In this document: positions 49,895-60,625 of the stretch, in pieces | Layout of the letters: every line of letters begins with the position of its first letter | Numbering within the stretch: position 1 is the stretch's first letter | NCBI GenBank assembly: GCA_965261125.1 | Contig: CBDHCS010000005.1 | Coordinates: 4,902-68,901 of the forward strand | Direction of reading: 5' to 3' | DNA from: Candidatus Poribacteria bacterium | GTDB lineage: Bacteria > Poribacteria > WGA-4E > WGA-3G | DNA length: 64,000 nt | Made by a program: the position numbers and the translations under genes | The notes under the pieces: generated by a model | Told to the model about the DNA's origin: nothing | Database searches by the model: none | Seen by the model: the letters and a program-made list of their open reading frames with translations, nothing else

Positions 49895-51394
49895 TTGGAG
49901 AAATCAACTGTTGAAACGAAAATTTTGGCGGACGCGTTAACCCCCCGGCAAATTGTGGAAGAGCTGGATAAGTATATTATTGGGCAGTTTGAAGCGAAAC
50001 GGAGCGTTGCGATTGCGCTGCGTAATCGCGCCCGTCGGCAGATGCTTGCGGACGATATGCAAGATGAAGTTTCACCGAAAAATATCATCATGATCGGCTC
50101 AACGGGTGTCGGTAAAACAGAAATCGCCCGTCGCCTCGCGCGCCTTGTTGATGCACCATTTATCAAAGTCGAAGCCTCTAAATATACGGAAATCGGTTAC
50201 GTTGGGCGTGATGTTGAATCAATGATTCGCGATCTTACGGAACTCTCTGTCAGCAGAGTGAAAGTAGAACAGACCGCCTCTGTTGAAGAAGAAGCATTAA
50301 AATTAACCGAAGAACGTTTATTAGACAGCTTATTCCCGATGCCTCGGTCTTTAAAAAGTCAACCCACTCAAGAACCCCCCGATGACCTTGATATAGATGA
50401 AGATATAGATATAATAGATGAAGATATAGATGAAGACGACATCCCATTTCCGTTTGATTTAGTAGACACAACTGACGAACAAAATGAGGCGTTAGAAAGA
50501 CAACGCGAACGACACCTCAAGACGCGTGAAAAATTACGGCAGCAATTGAAGGATGGTAAATTCGAAGATAAAGACGTTGAAATCAACATGAAAAGTCGAA
50601 GTATGCCGTTTGTGGAGATATTTTCGCCGGGTGGTATTGAGGAGATGGACATTAACTTTAAGGATATGTTCAGCAGCATTCTCCCGAATCAGACAAAAAA
50701 ACGGCGGGTGAAGGTATCCGAAGCACGACAAATTCTGGTGCAAGAGGAAGCGGAAAAACTAATTGATATGGATGCTGTCATCAGTGAAGCGATTGAACGC
50801 GTTGAAAACTCTGGGATTGTCTTTTTAGATGAAATTGACAAAATTGCAGGGCGCGAATCTCGACAGGGACCGGATGTGTCACGCGAAGGTGTACAACGTG
50901 ATATCCTGCCAATTATTGAAGGGAGCACCGTCACAACGAAATATGGTGCAGTGCGTACACATCACATCTTGTTCATTGCTGCGGGTGCCTTTCATGTCTC
51001 TAATCCGTCAGACCTCATTCCTGAACTTCAGGGGAGGTTTCCTATCCGCGTTGAACTCAAAAGTCTAAATAAAGATGACTTCAAATCTATTTTGACCGAA
51101 CCGAAAAATGCATTAGTCAAGCAGTATACGGCACTCCTCCAGACCGAGGGAATAGAAGCAGATATTACTGAAGATGCGATTGACGAAATCGCTGCGCTCG
51201 CGTTTCAAGTAAACGAGTCTGTGGAGGATATCGGTGCCCGTCGTCTACACACGATCATGGAAAAACTTTTTGAGAACCTGTTTTTTGACGCGCCTGATCT
51301 TGAGGAGAAGGGTGTTACTGTTGATGCAGATTATGTCAGAGGTGAATTGGCAGAAATCGTTAAGGATCAGGATCTGAGTAGGTATATTCTTTAG
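49895..51394 (+). CDS. hslU: ATP-dependent protease ATPase subunit HslU, with an acidic [17 protein letters not shown] insertion in the I-domain
   Basis: TTG start after AGGAGG. Walker [16 protein letters not shown]. Confidence 0.9.
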   Translation: MEKSTVETKILADALTPRQIVEELDKYIIGQFEAKRSVAIALRNRARRQMLADDMQDEVSPKNIIMIGSTGVGKTEIARRLARLVDAPFIKVEASKYTEIGYVGRDVESMIRDLTELSVSRVKVEQTASVEEEALKLTEERLLDSLFPMPRSLKSQPTQEPPDDLDIDEDIDIIDEDIDEDDIPFPFDLVDTTDEQNEALERQRERHLKTREKLRQQLKDGKFEDKDVEINMKSRSMPFVEIFSPGGIEEMDINFKDMFSSILPNQTKKRRVKVSEARQILVQEEAEKLIDMDAVISEAIERVENSGIVFLDEIDKIAGRESRQGPDVSREGVQRDILPIIEGSTVTTKYGAVRTHHILFIAAGAFHVSNPSDLIPELQGRFPIRVELKSLNKDDFKSILTEPKNALVKQYTALLQTEGIEADITEDAIDEIAALAFQVNESVEDIGARRLHTIMEKLFENLFFDAPDLEEKGVTVDADYVRGELAEIVKDQDLSRYIL

Positions 51395-51417
51395 GTTGCA
51401 AAACTCAGTTCGTAGGT

Positions 51418-52305
51418 TTATCTATCTCCCGATGTCTGACGCATCCGTTTTGCAGCGAGATATTGTTTTTCAAATCGGGCTATACCTTCAGCCTTTTGAA
51501 GAAACGTGTCTAAATAGCGGTGCATCATGACGTGATCCTCTTTCTTCTGATATGCCAGCGCAAGACGATAATATGCCTCTACTTCATCGGCATCCAGAGA
51601 TACACCTTTTTCATAGGCTCGGATAGCACTGAGCAGTTCATCGGTTTCTTCATAAGCGAGACCGAGGTTAAAATAGACCGTAGCATCGCCTCCATCAAGT
51701 TCTATTCCTGCTGTGTAATACTGAATAGCCTCCGAATATGATTCCCGGTTGAGATAGGCATCCGCAAGATTGTAATAGGTATCCACGAACGCTGAGTCGG
51801 CATTCAAGGCGTTTTGATAAGCCTCCAATGCTTCATCAAACCTGTCCGACATATCGTAAGCATAACCGAGATTATTATAAAAGGCGGGATTTTCCGGTTC
51901 AATTTCAAGCGCAGCCCGAAACATTTCTATCGCAAGGAGAAACAGGCGGAGATCAATATAAACTAAACCCAGATTGTTATAGGCGTGCTGATGTTTTTCG
52001 TCAAGGGAAATTGCTGCTTGAAAAGACTCTATCGCCTTCTCGTGCTCACGCAATTGATGATAGATTTTTCCTAACGCAACATGCCCTTCCGGATCAATGG
52101 GATTGAGTTCTTGTCCCATTTCAAGTTTTAAAGCCTCACGCTGCAGTTCTCTGCGCTGCTGTTGTGCTTCATCAGGAGCAGGACATCCATATAGAAAACA
52201 GGTTAGCAATAGAAGGAACCACCCTGCCCCCCTTATCAAGTGGGAAAAGAGGGCTGGTTTCCCTACAACGTTTAGAAAGGAATACTGATGATTATTGATA
52301 CACAT
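51418..52305 (-). CDS. TPR-repeat lipoprotein
   Basis: Multiple 34-aa TPR units (AYNNLGLVY...). Lipobox-like FLYGC. Start uncertain: the ORF is open to 52473 and overlaps the next gene. Confidence 0.6.
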   Translation of the reverse strand: MCINNHQYSFLNVVGKPALFSHLIRGAGWFLLLLTCFLYGCPAPDEAQQQRRELQREALKLEMGQELNPIDPEGHVALGKIYHQLREHEKAIESFQAAISLDEKHQHAYNNLGLVYIDLRLFLLAIEMFRAALEIEPENPAFYNNLGYAYDMSDRFDEALEAYQNALNADSAFVDTYYNLADAYLNRESYSEAIQYYTAGIELDGGDATVYFNLGLAYEETDELLSAIRAYEKGVSLDADEVEAYYRLALAYQKKEDHVMMHRYLDTFLQKAEGIARFEKQYLAAKRMRQTSGDR

Positions 52306-53124
52306 ACGCATTTTTATGACCCGACACGACCTGAAGGCGTGCCGTGGCCAAACCCTAATGACGATCTGCTTTACCGCACCGTTATGCCAGACGACTATAA
52401 AAAACTTGCTGTGCCTGAAGGCGTAACGGGCACTGTAGTCGTTGAGGCAAGCAGATGGGTTGAAGATAACCAATGGATTCTTGACCTTGCGGCGAATGAA
52501 CCGTTTATTGTTGGGTTCGTTGGCAATTTAAACCCAAACGATGCCGATTTTGAAAAAAACCTAAATCGGTTTTCTGCCAATCCGCTTTTCCGGGGAATAC
52601 GTCTCGGTGGTGGACACTTGCAGTCACTTGGTGATGCAGACTTCATGAAAAATATTGAGAAATTGGCAGAGAAAGAACTTACCTTAGACCTCCTCATAAA
52701 TCCTGATGCGTTACGGAACGTACCTGCCTTGGTTGAACATACACCGACAATGCGAGTTGTGATTAACCACATCGCTGGCGTTCGCGTTGATGGTAATCCA
52801 CCTGATGCCGCGTGGGTTTCAACAATCCAAGAAGTTGCGCGCTATCCGAATGTCTACTGCAAGGTATCGGGTTTAGCGGAACACACAGGACAAACTCCCG
52901 CCCCTGAAGATGTGGCATACTACACGCCAACAATAGACGTTTTATGGAAAGCATTCGGTGAAGACAGACTCATCTACGGCAGTAACTGGCCTGTGTCCGA
53001 ACGTTTTGCTCAATATAAAGTCGTGCAAAAGATTGTAAACGACTACTTCAGTCCGAAAGGTGATGAAGTCAAGACGAAATTCTTCTGGCAAAATGCAAAG
53101 GCAGCGTACCAGTTATCGGTTTAG
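52288..53124 (+). CDS. Amidohydrolase-2-family (TIM-barrel metal-dependent hydrolase)
   Basis: MIIDTHTHFYD metal-binding start and a conserved C-terminal His/Asp. Confidence 0.7.
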   Translation: MIIDTHTHFYDPTRPEGVPWPNPNDDLLYRTVMPDDYKKLAVPEGVTGTVVVEASRWVEDNQWILDLAANEPFIVGFVGNLNPNDADFEKNLNRFSANPLFRGIRLGGGHLQSLGDADFMKNIEKLAEKELTLDLLINPDALRNVPALVEHTPTMRVVINHIAGVRVDGNPPDAAWVSTIQEVARYPNVYCKVSGLAEHTGQTPAPEDVAYYTPTIDVLWKAFGEDRLIYGSNWPVSERFAQYKVVQKIVNDYFSPKGDEVKTKFFWQNAKAAYQLSV

Positions 53125-53690
53125 TCGACCCATCGGATAAACTCCGCTGCGGGTTTGCGTTTCGGTTCTTTAATCTCTGCGGGATAGCCTGTATAGAAAA
53201 AGCCGATGATATATTCCTGCGATGAATCTATTCCAAGCAACTGATAGGTCTTTTCTTCCATCGTGATGCTGCCCGTGCTCCACTGCATGCCGACACCTGC
53301 ATCCCACGCAGCAAGTTGGACATTCTGCATCGCACAACAGGCAGCGGCGTAATCTTCACGCTGACGTTGTTCGTCTCCATCTTGGATACAGGACACAGCG
53401 ATAATCGTTGGCTTGGACATGAATTTTTCGTAAGCCAATTCGCCTATCTTTGCCAGATTCTCGGCATCCACGTGGTCTGGCGTATCCTCCATCTTTATTT
53501 CTCGGTAACGTTGTGCAAGAATCAACTTTGTTTTTTCACCGATGACGGTGAACCGCCACGGTTCTGTGACATGGTGATTCGGTGCCCATATCCCGTAACT
53601 GAAAATTTGTTCAATTACGTCATTTGGTACGGGTTCCTGTTTGAATTTGAAAATGGTTCGTCTTGAGATAATTGCATCTTTTACGTCCAT
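53121..53690 (-). CDS. Nitroreductase-family flavoprotein
   Basis: AIISRRTIFKF...VPNDVIEQI nitroreductase N-terminus. ATG at 53690 is preceded by AAAGGAGG. Confidence 0.75.
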   Translation of the reverse strand: MDVKDAIISRRTIFKFKQEPVPNDVIEQIFSYGIWAPNHHVTEPWRFTVIGEKTKLILAQRYREIKMEDTPDHVDAENLAKIGELAYEKFMSKPTIIAVSCIQDGDEQRQREDYAAACCAMQNVQLAAWDAGVGMQWSTGSITMEEKTYQLLGIDSSQEYIIGFFYTGYPAEIKEPKRKPAAEFIRWVD

Positions 53691-53728
53691 AAAATCCTCC
53701 TTTATATATAACACCAAAAGTATTCAGT

Positions 53729-53798
53729 CGCTCCAGCGGAGCGATATGTTTATAGAAAAATGTTAGTCCTCTCTACCGCTCCAGCGGAGCGGTATGTG
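53729..53798 (+). promoter_or_regulatory. Paired-hairpin motif, locus 2: CGCTCCAGCGGAGCGATATGTT, then a 26-nt spacer TATAGAAAAATG..., then CGCTCCAGCGGAGCGGTATGTG
   Basis: Same architecture as 22751..22826 with compensatory arm changes (GTCCC/GGGAC to GCTCC/GGAGC). Lies 40 bp upstream of the nitroreductase start codon on the minus strand. Confidence 0.5.
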
Positions 53799-53939
53799 CG
53801 GAATCCACTTGCAGCCTCAAATGGATGTTTTTCCAAATTATGTTATCCTTGTTCAGGCAGCTACTTGCGTTACATTAGAGATTCTGGCACCAACTTACGT
53901 GTCCATTCACATACAACCTAACGGGTGTCTACTACCATG

Positions 53940-54743
53940 TTAATTCCATCCAGTCAATTGCAAGTATTTTTCCCAGAGCGGATCGCCCCACAGCAGCACA
54001 ACCACAGCAGCGCTTGCAAGGAAAGGACCATAAGGAATCGGACTTTGCCGACTTTTCTTGCCAGTTGCGATAAGCAGTGTCCCGATAACAGCGCCACTGA
54101 AAGCAGACAACGCTATCACCATAGGCAGTGCGGGCCACGCTCCGAGAAACAATCCGATGATCGCCATAAGTTTGATGTCTCCGCCTCCCATCGCTTTTTT
54201 ACGCATAATTGCGCTGCCAACAAACGCAATTATCCATAATACCAAACCGCCTGCTACAAACCCAATAAGTCGCATCTTTAGATAATCTAAATCTTTATCA
54301 TGATAAGCAATTGTACACACTATTCCTAATCCAAGCACCAATCCTGTGAGACTTATAACATTTGGAATAATGTAGTGCTGCGCATCAATCACAGCAATCG
54401 GTATCAACACAGACACAAAAATGAGTGCATGTACTAACTCAAGCGTCTTGCCAAATTGGTAGAACATCATGAGAAACAGCACTGCGGTTGCCAGTTCAAC
54501 TATCGGATAAAGGACAGATATTTTCACTTTGCAATGCCGACACTTACCGCGTAAAAACAGATAACTTAAAAGTGGGATATTGTCGTAAAACTTTATTGAC
54601 TGATTACATTCAGGGCAAAAGGACCTGCGCGGCGAATAGATAGACATATCCGAGCGGGGAATGCGGTAAATACAGACATTGAGGAAGCTGCCAATTGCCA
54701 ATCCTAACAGAAAAATGATGATTTGTATCCAGATTTCGTCCAC
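53940..54743 (-). CDS. pilD: Prepilin peptidase (A24 family)
   Basis: N-terminal CxxC...CxxC zinc motif and polytopic membrane domain (LGLAIGSFLNVCIYRIP). Confidence 0.85.
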   Translation of the reverse strand: MDEIWIQIIIFLLGLAIGSFLNVCIYRIPRSDMSIYSPRRSFCPECNQSIKFYDNIPLLSYLFLRGKCRHCKVKISVLYPIVELATAVLFLMMFYQFGKTLELVHALIFVSVLIPIAVIDAQHYIIPNVISLTGLVLGLGIVCTIAYHDKDLDYLKMRLIGFVAGGLVLWIIAFVGSAIMRKKAMGGGDIKLMAIIGLFLGAWPALPMVIALSAFSGAVIGTLLIATGKKSRQSPIPYGPFLASAAVVVLLWGDPLWEKYLQLTGWN

Positions 54744-54746
54744 AGA

Positions 54747-55166
54747 TTACCACCAGTATTTTTCACCTTGTGCAGCGTCCGCGTGATAAACCCTGCTGAT
54801 TTCAGCGATGCCGCCTAACCGATATTTTGTTGGCACACGCGGGTGATTTTTCGCAATTCCGACTTTATAGTTTTCTTGGACCAGGGCATAGTTTCCACCC
54901 CAAGGCGTTTTTGGAACGGATTTTAGATAGGCGCCACGCCACCCTTCTATGCCAGGATCGGTTAAGAGTTGATCCAAACGCGTTGGATACGTCTGGGTGT
55001 GTTTGTAGTATTTCTTGATTGCTATGGCGAGCACTTCAACGTCTACATCTGCTTGGCTAACTTTGCGATATTCTGCCCAGGGTGGATAAGAAAGGACCCC
55101 GATAATAATTACTATTGCAACCAAAATAAGAAGTTGAATGCGGGTCATGCCGCTGTTTTTGTGCAT
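54747..55166 (-). CDS. GspG-like pseudopilin (type II secretion / type IV pilin superfamily), with Gln instead of the conserved Glu at position 5 of the mature pilin
   Basis: Leader MHKNSG | MTRIQLLILVAIVIII. C-terminal ...WRGAYLKSVPKTPWGGNYAL matches the GspG domain. Confidence 0.65.
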   Translation of the reverse strand: MHKNSGMTRIQLLILVAIVIIIGVLSYPPWAEYRKVSQADVDVEVLAIAIKKYYKHTQTYPTRLDQLLTDPGIEGWRGAYLKSVPKTPWGGNYALVQENYKVGIAKNHPRVPTKYRLGGIAEISRVYHADAAQGEKYWW

Positions 55167-55169
55167 TTC

Positions 55170-56552
55170 TTAATTATCAGAATCTGGGCGGGCGATACTG
55201 TATTTATTCATCTTTTTATACAAATTACTTCGCTCAACATCCAACACTTCGGCAGTTCGCTTGATGTTCCAATCATTTTCTTTCAAGGCTGCCACAATAC
55301 ATTGTGCCTCAGCTGAATCAACCATCGTACTTAGCGGTGTATTGGACTGATAAGCTGCCGTAGTGTCTAATATCTGCGCTTCATCCTTTTCGATCGGTAA
55401 CACATCTGCAACATCAGTCGGCAAAATAATATCCCTATTCACCATAATAAGTAGTCGTTCAACAATATTTTTGAGTTCACGAATGTTGCCGGGCCAGCGG
55501 TAAGATTGGAAAACAGGATATGCTTCCGCAGCAAAGGTTTTCGGTGTAGATGCCATATTCATCTGTAACCGTTCAGCAAAGTATTTTGCGAGTATTGGGA
55601 TATCCTCACTTCGGTCCCGCAGCGGTGGCACCTCAATAGGTACAATTTTGAGACGGTAATAGAGGTCTGTTCGGAATTGCCCGCGCTCAATTTCTAAAGG
55701 AAGATTCTTGTTTGTTGCGGCGATGATTCGGACATCAACATTGCGAATCTGCTGGCTGCCGAGTCTCTCCACTTCTCCATATTCAAGCACGCGTAGGACT
55801 TTTGCCTGTGCTTTTAAACTCATATCGCCTATTTCATCAAGGAAAAGTGTGCCGCCATCAGCGAGTTCGAATCGTCCCTGCCGCATAGAATCAGCACCTG
55901 TAAACGCGCCGCGTTCATGTCCAAAGAGTTCACTCTCAACAAGTTCTTCAGGTAACGCTGCACAGTTTAATGGGATAAAGGGTTTGTCAGCACGTTTGCT
56001 ATGTCTATGGATTGCATTCGCAACGAGTTGTTTACCAGTACCATTTTCGCCAGAAATAAGCACCCCCAGATCGCTTGCTGCTACTTGACGTATTTCGGAG
56101 CGAAGTTTGAAAACCGCCTCACTCTCACCTACCATTTCGTCATCAACAACAATCTGTGACTTAAGAATCTCATTCTCTTTTGCTAAACGCGAGAGTTCTA
56201 AAAAAGGTTCGATATTGGATAGAATTTCATCCACACTCGCCGGTTTTGTGATGTACTGCTTCGCGCCGAGCGCCATCGTTTTAACGGCGATTTCAATATC
56301 CTGCTGTGCGGACATCATTACGACATTGAGATGCGGGTGCTGCTCAAGTAATTTTGTCAACGTTTGGACACCATCTATGCCTTTTTCCATCATTATATCT
56401 AACAGTACAAGATCAATATCCTCAGACATACAAAGTTGTAACGCCTCTTCTCCACTCGATGCGGTCAAGGTCTTGTACCTTTTCAGTTTCAATCCTTGGG
56501 AAAGCTGTTTCAAAATGTTCTTTTCGTCATCTACAATAAGGATAGTATTCAT
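55170..56552 (-). CDS. Sigma-54-dependent response regulator (NtrC/PilR type)
   Basis: REC domain (LIVDDE), AAA+ sigma54 activator (GESEAV...GENGTGKQL; GAFTGA) and a C-terminal HTH. Confidence 0.9.
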   Translation of the reverse strand: MNTILIVDDEKNILKQLSQGLKLKRYKTLTASSGEEALQLCMSEDIDLVLLDIMMEKGIDGVQTLTKLLEQHPHLNVVMMSAQQDIEIAVKTMALGAKQYITKPASVDEILSNIEPFLELSRLAKENEILKSQIVVDDEMVGESEAVFKLRSEIRQVAASDLGVLISGENGTGKQLVANAIHRHSKRADKPFIPLNCAALPEELVESELFGHERGAFTGADSMRQGRFELADGGTLFLDEIGDMSLKAQAKVLRVLEYGEVERLGSQQIRNVDVRIIAATNKNLPLEIERGQFRTDLYYRLKIVPIEVPPLRDRSEDIPILAKYFAERLQMNMASTPKTFAAEAYPVFQSYRWPGNIRELKNIVERLLIMVNRDIILPTDVADVLPIEKDEAQILDTTAAYQSNTPLSTMVDSAEAQCIVAALKENDWNIKRTAEVLDVERSNLYKKMNKYSIARPDSDN

Positions 56553-56605
56553 ATTTCTGTGCCTCTAAACTGAGATAGTTCGTAAGTTATCCATCTCCTA
56601 ACCTC

Positions 56606-58519
56606 TTACACGTTAGTTGTTGGCTCGGCCTCAGGCGGTATCATGGCAGGTGTGCTCTCGGTGAGGTATGATGTTTCGTTAAAGGTAATCCGTATCGTTG
56701 TTCCAACGTTTTCAGCTGATTCAACTGCGATTTCTCCACCGTGGACAGTGATAATGCGGCGTACAATTGCCATACCGAGGCCGGTGCCATAGGGCTTAGT
56801 TGTGTAGTCGGATGCAAAAAGGTTTTGTTGGGTTTCTTCGGACATGCCGTGTCCAGTATCTTTCACTTCAAGCGAGATATTCCTACCCTTTTCGAATGGT
56901 ACCGAAAAAGTTCCAAGGGTGAGCGTTCCACCGTCTGGCATCGCTTCAATTGCATTCTTAACAAGATTTCCCACTGCACGTTCCATCTGTTCTTGGTCTA
57001 ATGAGAGTAGTGGCAGCGGGCTCAACTGTTTTTCAACCTTAATATGCTGCGCTTGAGACAATTCCATATACAATTTCAAAACAACATGGACAATATCGTT
57101 CAAATTAACTGGATGTCTATCAGGAACAGGTAATCGGGCATATTGATGAAACTCATCTATTAGTCCACGTATACGGTCAACTTCTTCAATAATTGTTTCC
57201 GTGCATTCATCAAAAATTTTCTCAAAAATTTCCGGTTGATCTTTCGCAGCTTGCAGGTTCTCTACAGAGAGCCGAATCGGAAATAGTGGATTTTTGACTT
57301 CATGCGCGAGTTGGCGCGCGACATCCTGCCACACGGCAACCCTTTCGGCTGCTTTGTGCTCCTCCAAACTCTGCTTCAATGCAAGGGCCATCTGGTTGAA
57401 TCCATCAGCAAGTGTTCCAACTTCGCCCTTAGATTGAACGGTGATTTGATACGCAAGGTTTCCAGCACCGATTTCGTTTACCCCTTGCTTAAGTTGAGCA
57501 ATTGGTCGCGTGATTCGTCTGCTTACAAGATAACTGCTGCAGTATACAAGGACAGCCCCGCCGCCTATACTCAACAATAATATCACCCTCATTTGCCTCT
57601 GCCATTGGATTCTATTTTTATGTGAGTAAGCAATGATCAATTCCACAAAAGGCAATCTTTGCGTATCCGAGAAAGGGATGTTTAAGATGTCTGTACGGAC
57701 AACAGTAAAGGTAGGCGTCCATGTCTCATTATCTGATACTTCTACCGTATCAGATTGCGGAATATCTTTCAAAGTGACCACTAACTCCTTAACAGGTTCC
57801 CCTTCCGCCTCCTTCACCTGCTTCTGTCGTTCCCATTCATCTTTTAAAGTCGGTGTATGTGCAATATAGTTTAAGGGAATCCACTCCTCCTGTTCATCCT
57901 TTCTTTTTACAAGAAAAATCGGATGTTCCTCTGGTTGGCTAAGCATTGCCCCTTCTAACCAATTTTGAAGGGATTTACCACCGGTGACAAACCCCCAATC
58001 CAACCACTGAGTCACCTCAACGACTAACTGCGGTTCCTCATCGGTCTCAATAATCCGCTCACGAATTGTGCCTTTCCCTTCTTTGTATGTCACATCCGAT
58101 TTTGCTTCAGATGCATCTAAAATTTTGCTGCCGATACGTGGGTCATCTCTCCGTTTGCTCAACAACAATATACCCTCGGTATTACCACATTCAAAAACAT
58201 TAAAATTGGTTGGAGGTATGTTTCTGCCACCGCCCCTTTCTACTTCCCGGATAGCACTACGCAAAACCCTATCTTCACCTTTTGCTTTCACCTCGTTTCG
58301 AATAGCATTAACGAATTGTGCATACATCTTGGAAATACGAGATTTCAAGGCTACTACGTCTTTATCAAGTTGTTCATTAAAAGCACGGTCAATCAGTAAA
58401 CTTGCAATCCCAAAGATAACGGCAAACATGAGCAGAAACACCAGGCTATAAGTGAAGAAAATCTTGTTCTGGAGCCGTAGCGTGGATAATTTGTTGAGAA
58501 CTTTTTGCGCATATCTCAT
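56606..58519 (-). CDS. Sensor histidine kinase (membrane, HAMP-like linker, HisKA, HATPase)
   Basis: H-box LAHEVKNPL and ATP lid GTGLGMAIV. 4-bp spacing to the regulator. Confidence 0.85.
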   Translation of the reverse strand: MRYAQKVLNKLSTLRLQNKIFFTYSLVFLLMFAVIFGIASLLIDRAFNEQLDKDVVALKSRISKMYAQFVNAIRNEVKAKGEDRVLRSAIREVERGGGRNIPPTNFNVFECGNTEGILLLSKRRDDPRIGSKILDASEAKSDVTYKEGKGTIRERIIETDEEPQLVVEVTQWLDWGFVTGGKSLQNWLEGAMLSQPEEHPIFLVKRKDEQEEWIPLNYIAHTPTLKDEWERQKQVKEAEGEPVKELVVTLKDIPQSDTVEVSDNETWTPTFTVVRTDILNIPFSDTQRLPFVELIIAYSHKNRIQWQRQMRVILLLSIGGGAVLVYCSSYLVSRRITRPIAQLKQGVNEIGAGNLAYQITVQSKGEVGTLADGFNQMALALKQSLEEHKAAERVAVWQDVARQLAHEVKNPLFPIRLSVENLQAAKDQPEIFEKIFDECTETIIEEVDRIRGLIDEFHQYARLPVPDRHPVNLNDIVHVVLKLYMELSQAQHIKVEKQLSPLPLLSLDQEQMERAVGNLVKNAIEAMPDGGTLTLGTFSVPFEKGRNISLEVKDTGHGMSEETQQNLFASDYTTKPYGTGLGMAIVRRIITVHGGEIAVESAENVGTTIRITFNETSYLTESTPAMIPPEAEPTTNV

Positions 58520-58617
58520 ACTTACATTCCCGAAAAGACACAATGAATTGGGCCATTACGAACGCGGTTATTTCGAACAAACGGACAGACATTTATGTAT
58601 TTGACTATAAAATACCG

Positions 58618-60051
58618 TTAACGCCTTTTCATTTCGCGTGCGATTTGTTCAGTGCGCTTTTTATATCCTTCAACAGCCGATTGATGATAGGTTAACTCTT
58701 CTGCAAGCATTGGAACACCATTGATAAGATGAAGTTCCTGCAATCTGCCTTTTACAGCGACGGTATCCATTAGAGTCCGCATCAATTGGCACAGATTGCT
58801 GATGTCTCGTTTTGGGATCGTTAACGTAACATTCGGAATTCCCTTCTCTGTAAAATCCATCTCTGTCCCACGATACGAGGCAGTTTGACTGTCATTCATA
58901 GAAAGCCCTTCAAATGCCTCTAATCCACTTTTTTCATCTCCATACGGGATTGTTAAGTCTGCACCAAGGTTCTCCCAATGGATAAACATAACTGCCTTAT
59001 CTCTCGGTCCAGCAAGAATACCGTTGAGTATAGAATGATTGCTCGTGGGGCCTTTTGCAGCAATAACGTTAGAACCGATGCCGTTTTCTTGAATCGATTC
59101 AGTATAGAGTTGAACAAACCATTCACCAAGGCGACTGTTGTCTGCATAATTATAGAAAACAATACTACTTGCCCCGTAATATTTCTCAACAGAGTCAAGC
59201 CATAGTGCCAAGTGGGACGCGGTATTATTGGGATGTGTGTATGGCAGCTGAAAACTCTCATCTGCGCGTTGGACACCATCAACCGCAGCATTTATCCTAT
59301 TTTCTGGAGTCTCGTCAATTCCTGCTGTCATCGCTAAAAAGAATAAACCGACAGGTGAAAAAGCAGAAAAACGACCACCGACACCTTCGGGAACAGGAAG
59401 TATACCGTAGAACGAAGATTCTTGATGGAATTGATAGAGAAGACTTTTTTCAGTTAACCCCGTGGTTGCGATAATCTGGTTTCGCCACTCTCCGAATTCT
59501 TGTTGGAGTCTATCCCGAATAATCATTAGCGTTGCGAGGGTTTCACCTGTTTTTCCCGATTTGCTGATGACATTGAAAAGTGTTTTGTGTAACAAGTTGC
59601 GCGATTTCAACATATCAAGTAACGCTTTCAACCGAACTGGATCGAAGGTATCACCTGTGAAGTAGACCTCTGGTGCACTACCTCGTTCAGAAGTTGACAA
59701 TAGGTTGTGATACGGATGATTGGCGGTTTCGTGAAACACACGTGCGCTTAAATCAGACCCGCCTATGCCGACAGTTACAAAAACAGCAAAATCGCCCCTC
59801 GCTTTGGCAGATAAGGCAAGTACCTGTTGAATATGTTCTTTTTGAAGATGGGCGCGTGTCCATGCACGCAAATTTTGCTCTAATACGGATAGCGGCGCAT
59901 CTACCTCCTCTTTAAACAGTGCTTGGATATTCTCCAAACGTTTATCAACTGGACTACCTTCATCTTCCCCATCTGTCTCTGCACAAACAAGCATTTTGAG
60001 TCTCAAACCTGAATCGCTTCCTAATTCTATCTGTTTTACACTTGAATTCAT
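58618..60051 (-). CDS. pgi: Glucose-6-phosphate isomerase
   Basis: VGIGGSDL and ISKSGKTGET motifs. Confidence 0.85.
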   Translation of the reverse strand: MNSSVKQIELGSDSGLRLKMLVCAETDGEDEGSPVDKRLENIQALFKEEVDAPLSVLEQNLRAWTRAHLQKEHIQQVLALSAKARGDFAVFVTVGIGGSDLSARVFHETANHPYHNLLSTSERGSAPEVYFTGDTFDPVRLKALLDMLKSRNLLHKTLFNVISKSGKTGETLATLMIIRDRLQQEFGEWRNQIIATTGLTEKSLLYQFHQESSFYGILPVPEGVGGRFSAFSPVGLFFLAMTAGIDETPENRINAAVDGVQRADESFQLPYTHPNNTASHLALWLDSVEKYYGASSIVFYNYADNSRLGEWFVQLYTESIQENGIGSNVIAAKGPTSNHSILNGILAGPRDKAVMFIHWENLGADLTIPYGDEKSGLEAFEGLSMNDSQTASYRGTEMDFTEKGIPNVTLTIPKRDISNLCQLMRTLMDTVAVKGRLQELHLINGVPMLAEELTYHQSAVEGYKKRTEQIAREMKRR

Positions 60052-60099
60052 CTCTATATTATCCTTTTATTACCTCCAAAAATTGTTGTCAACGTATTA

Positions 60100-60180
60100 T
60101 TGTCCGTCGCAATTCGGAGATCGCTCCTACCGATGGACTGCTTATGGTAGGCGGGAACTCCGATTCCCGACTCCTATTCA
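60100..60180. repeat. Family-C palindromic element, copy 3
   Basis: GTCGCAATTCGGAGATCGCTCCTAC...GGTAGGCGGGAACTCCGATTCCCGAC. Confidence 0.65.
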
Positions 60181-60214
60181 AGATCCATCAATTAGCACTT
60201 GATAAAGCAGTAGT

Positions 60215-60625
60215 TTAAACTCTCCCATACTTATCGTCAAGCCGGACAATGTCTTTCTCATCAAAATGTCCGAAAGCGATTTCCAGGACCCTGTAGTTTT
60301 GAGATTCGCCGATGAGTTGATGTTTTGCACCTTGCGGAATAAAAACCGGCTCCATCGGATCGGGATGGACCACCTTATCCTCAATCCGAATACATGCACC
60401 TTCGTCAAGCGGGATCCACAGTTCACTCCGACGGTGATGATACTGATAACTTACCTGTTCACCAGCACGGATCTCCAAAATCTTGACTGTCACCGGTTGG
60501 TTCAGGACATATTGAATAAAACGTCCCCACGGTTTTTCTGTCGTCAATATCTCTGATAGCACTTTAGATGGGTCTGTTATAGGTGCAAATGCGTGTTCGG
60601 CATTTGCAATAATCTGTTTCTCCAT
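60215..60625 (-). CDS. Cupin-domain protein (type-II phosphomannose-isomerase-like cupin)
   Basis: 136 aa. YQYHHRRSELWIPLDEG cupin motif 1. Confidence 0.65.
   Translation of the reverse strand: MEKQIIANAEHAFAPITDPSKVLSEILTTEKPWGRFIQYVLNQPVTVKILEIRAGEQVSYQYHHRRSELWIPLDEGACIRIEDKVVHPDPMEPVFIPQGAKHQLIGESQNYRVLEIAFGHFDEKDIVRLDDKYGRV

Noticed and set aside
53870-53900. TGGCACcaactTACGT resembling a sigma54 -24/-12 promoter
   Set aside because: The -12 element is poor (TACGT rather than TTGCA/T) and there is no plus-strand gene downstream.
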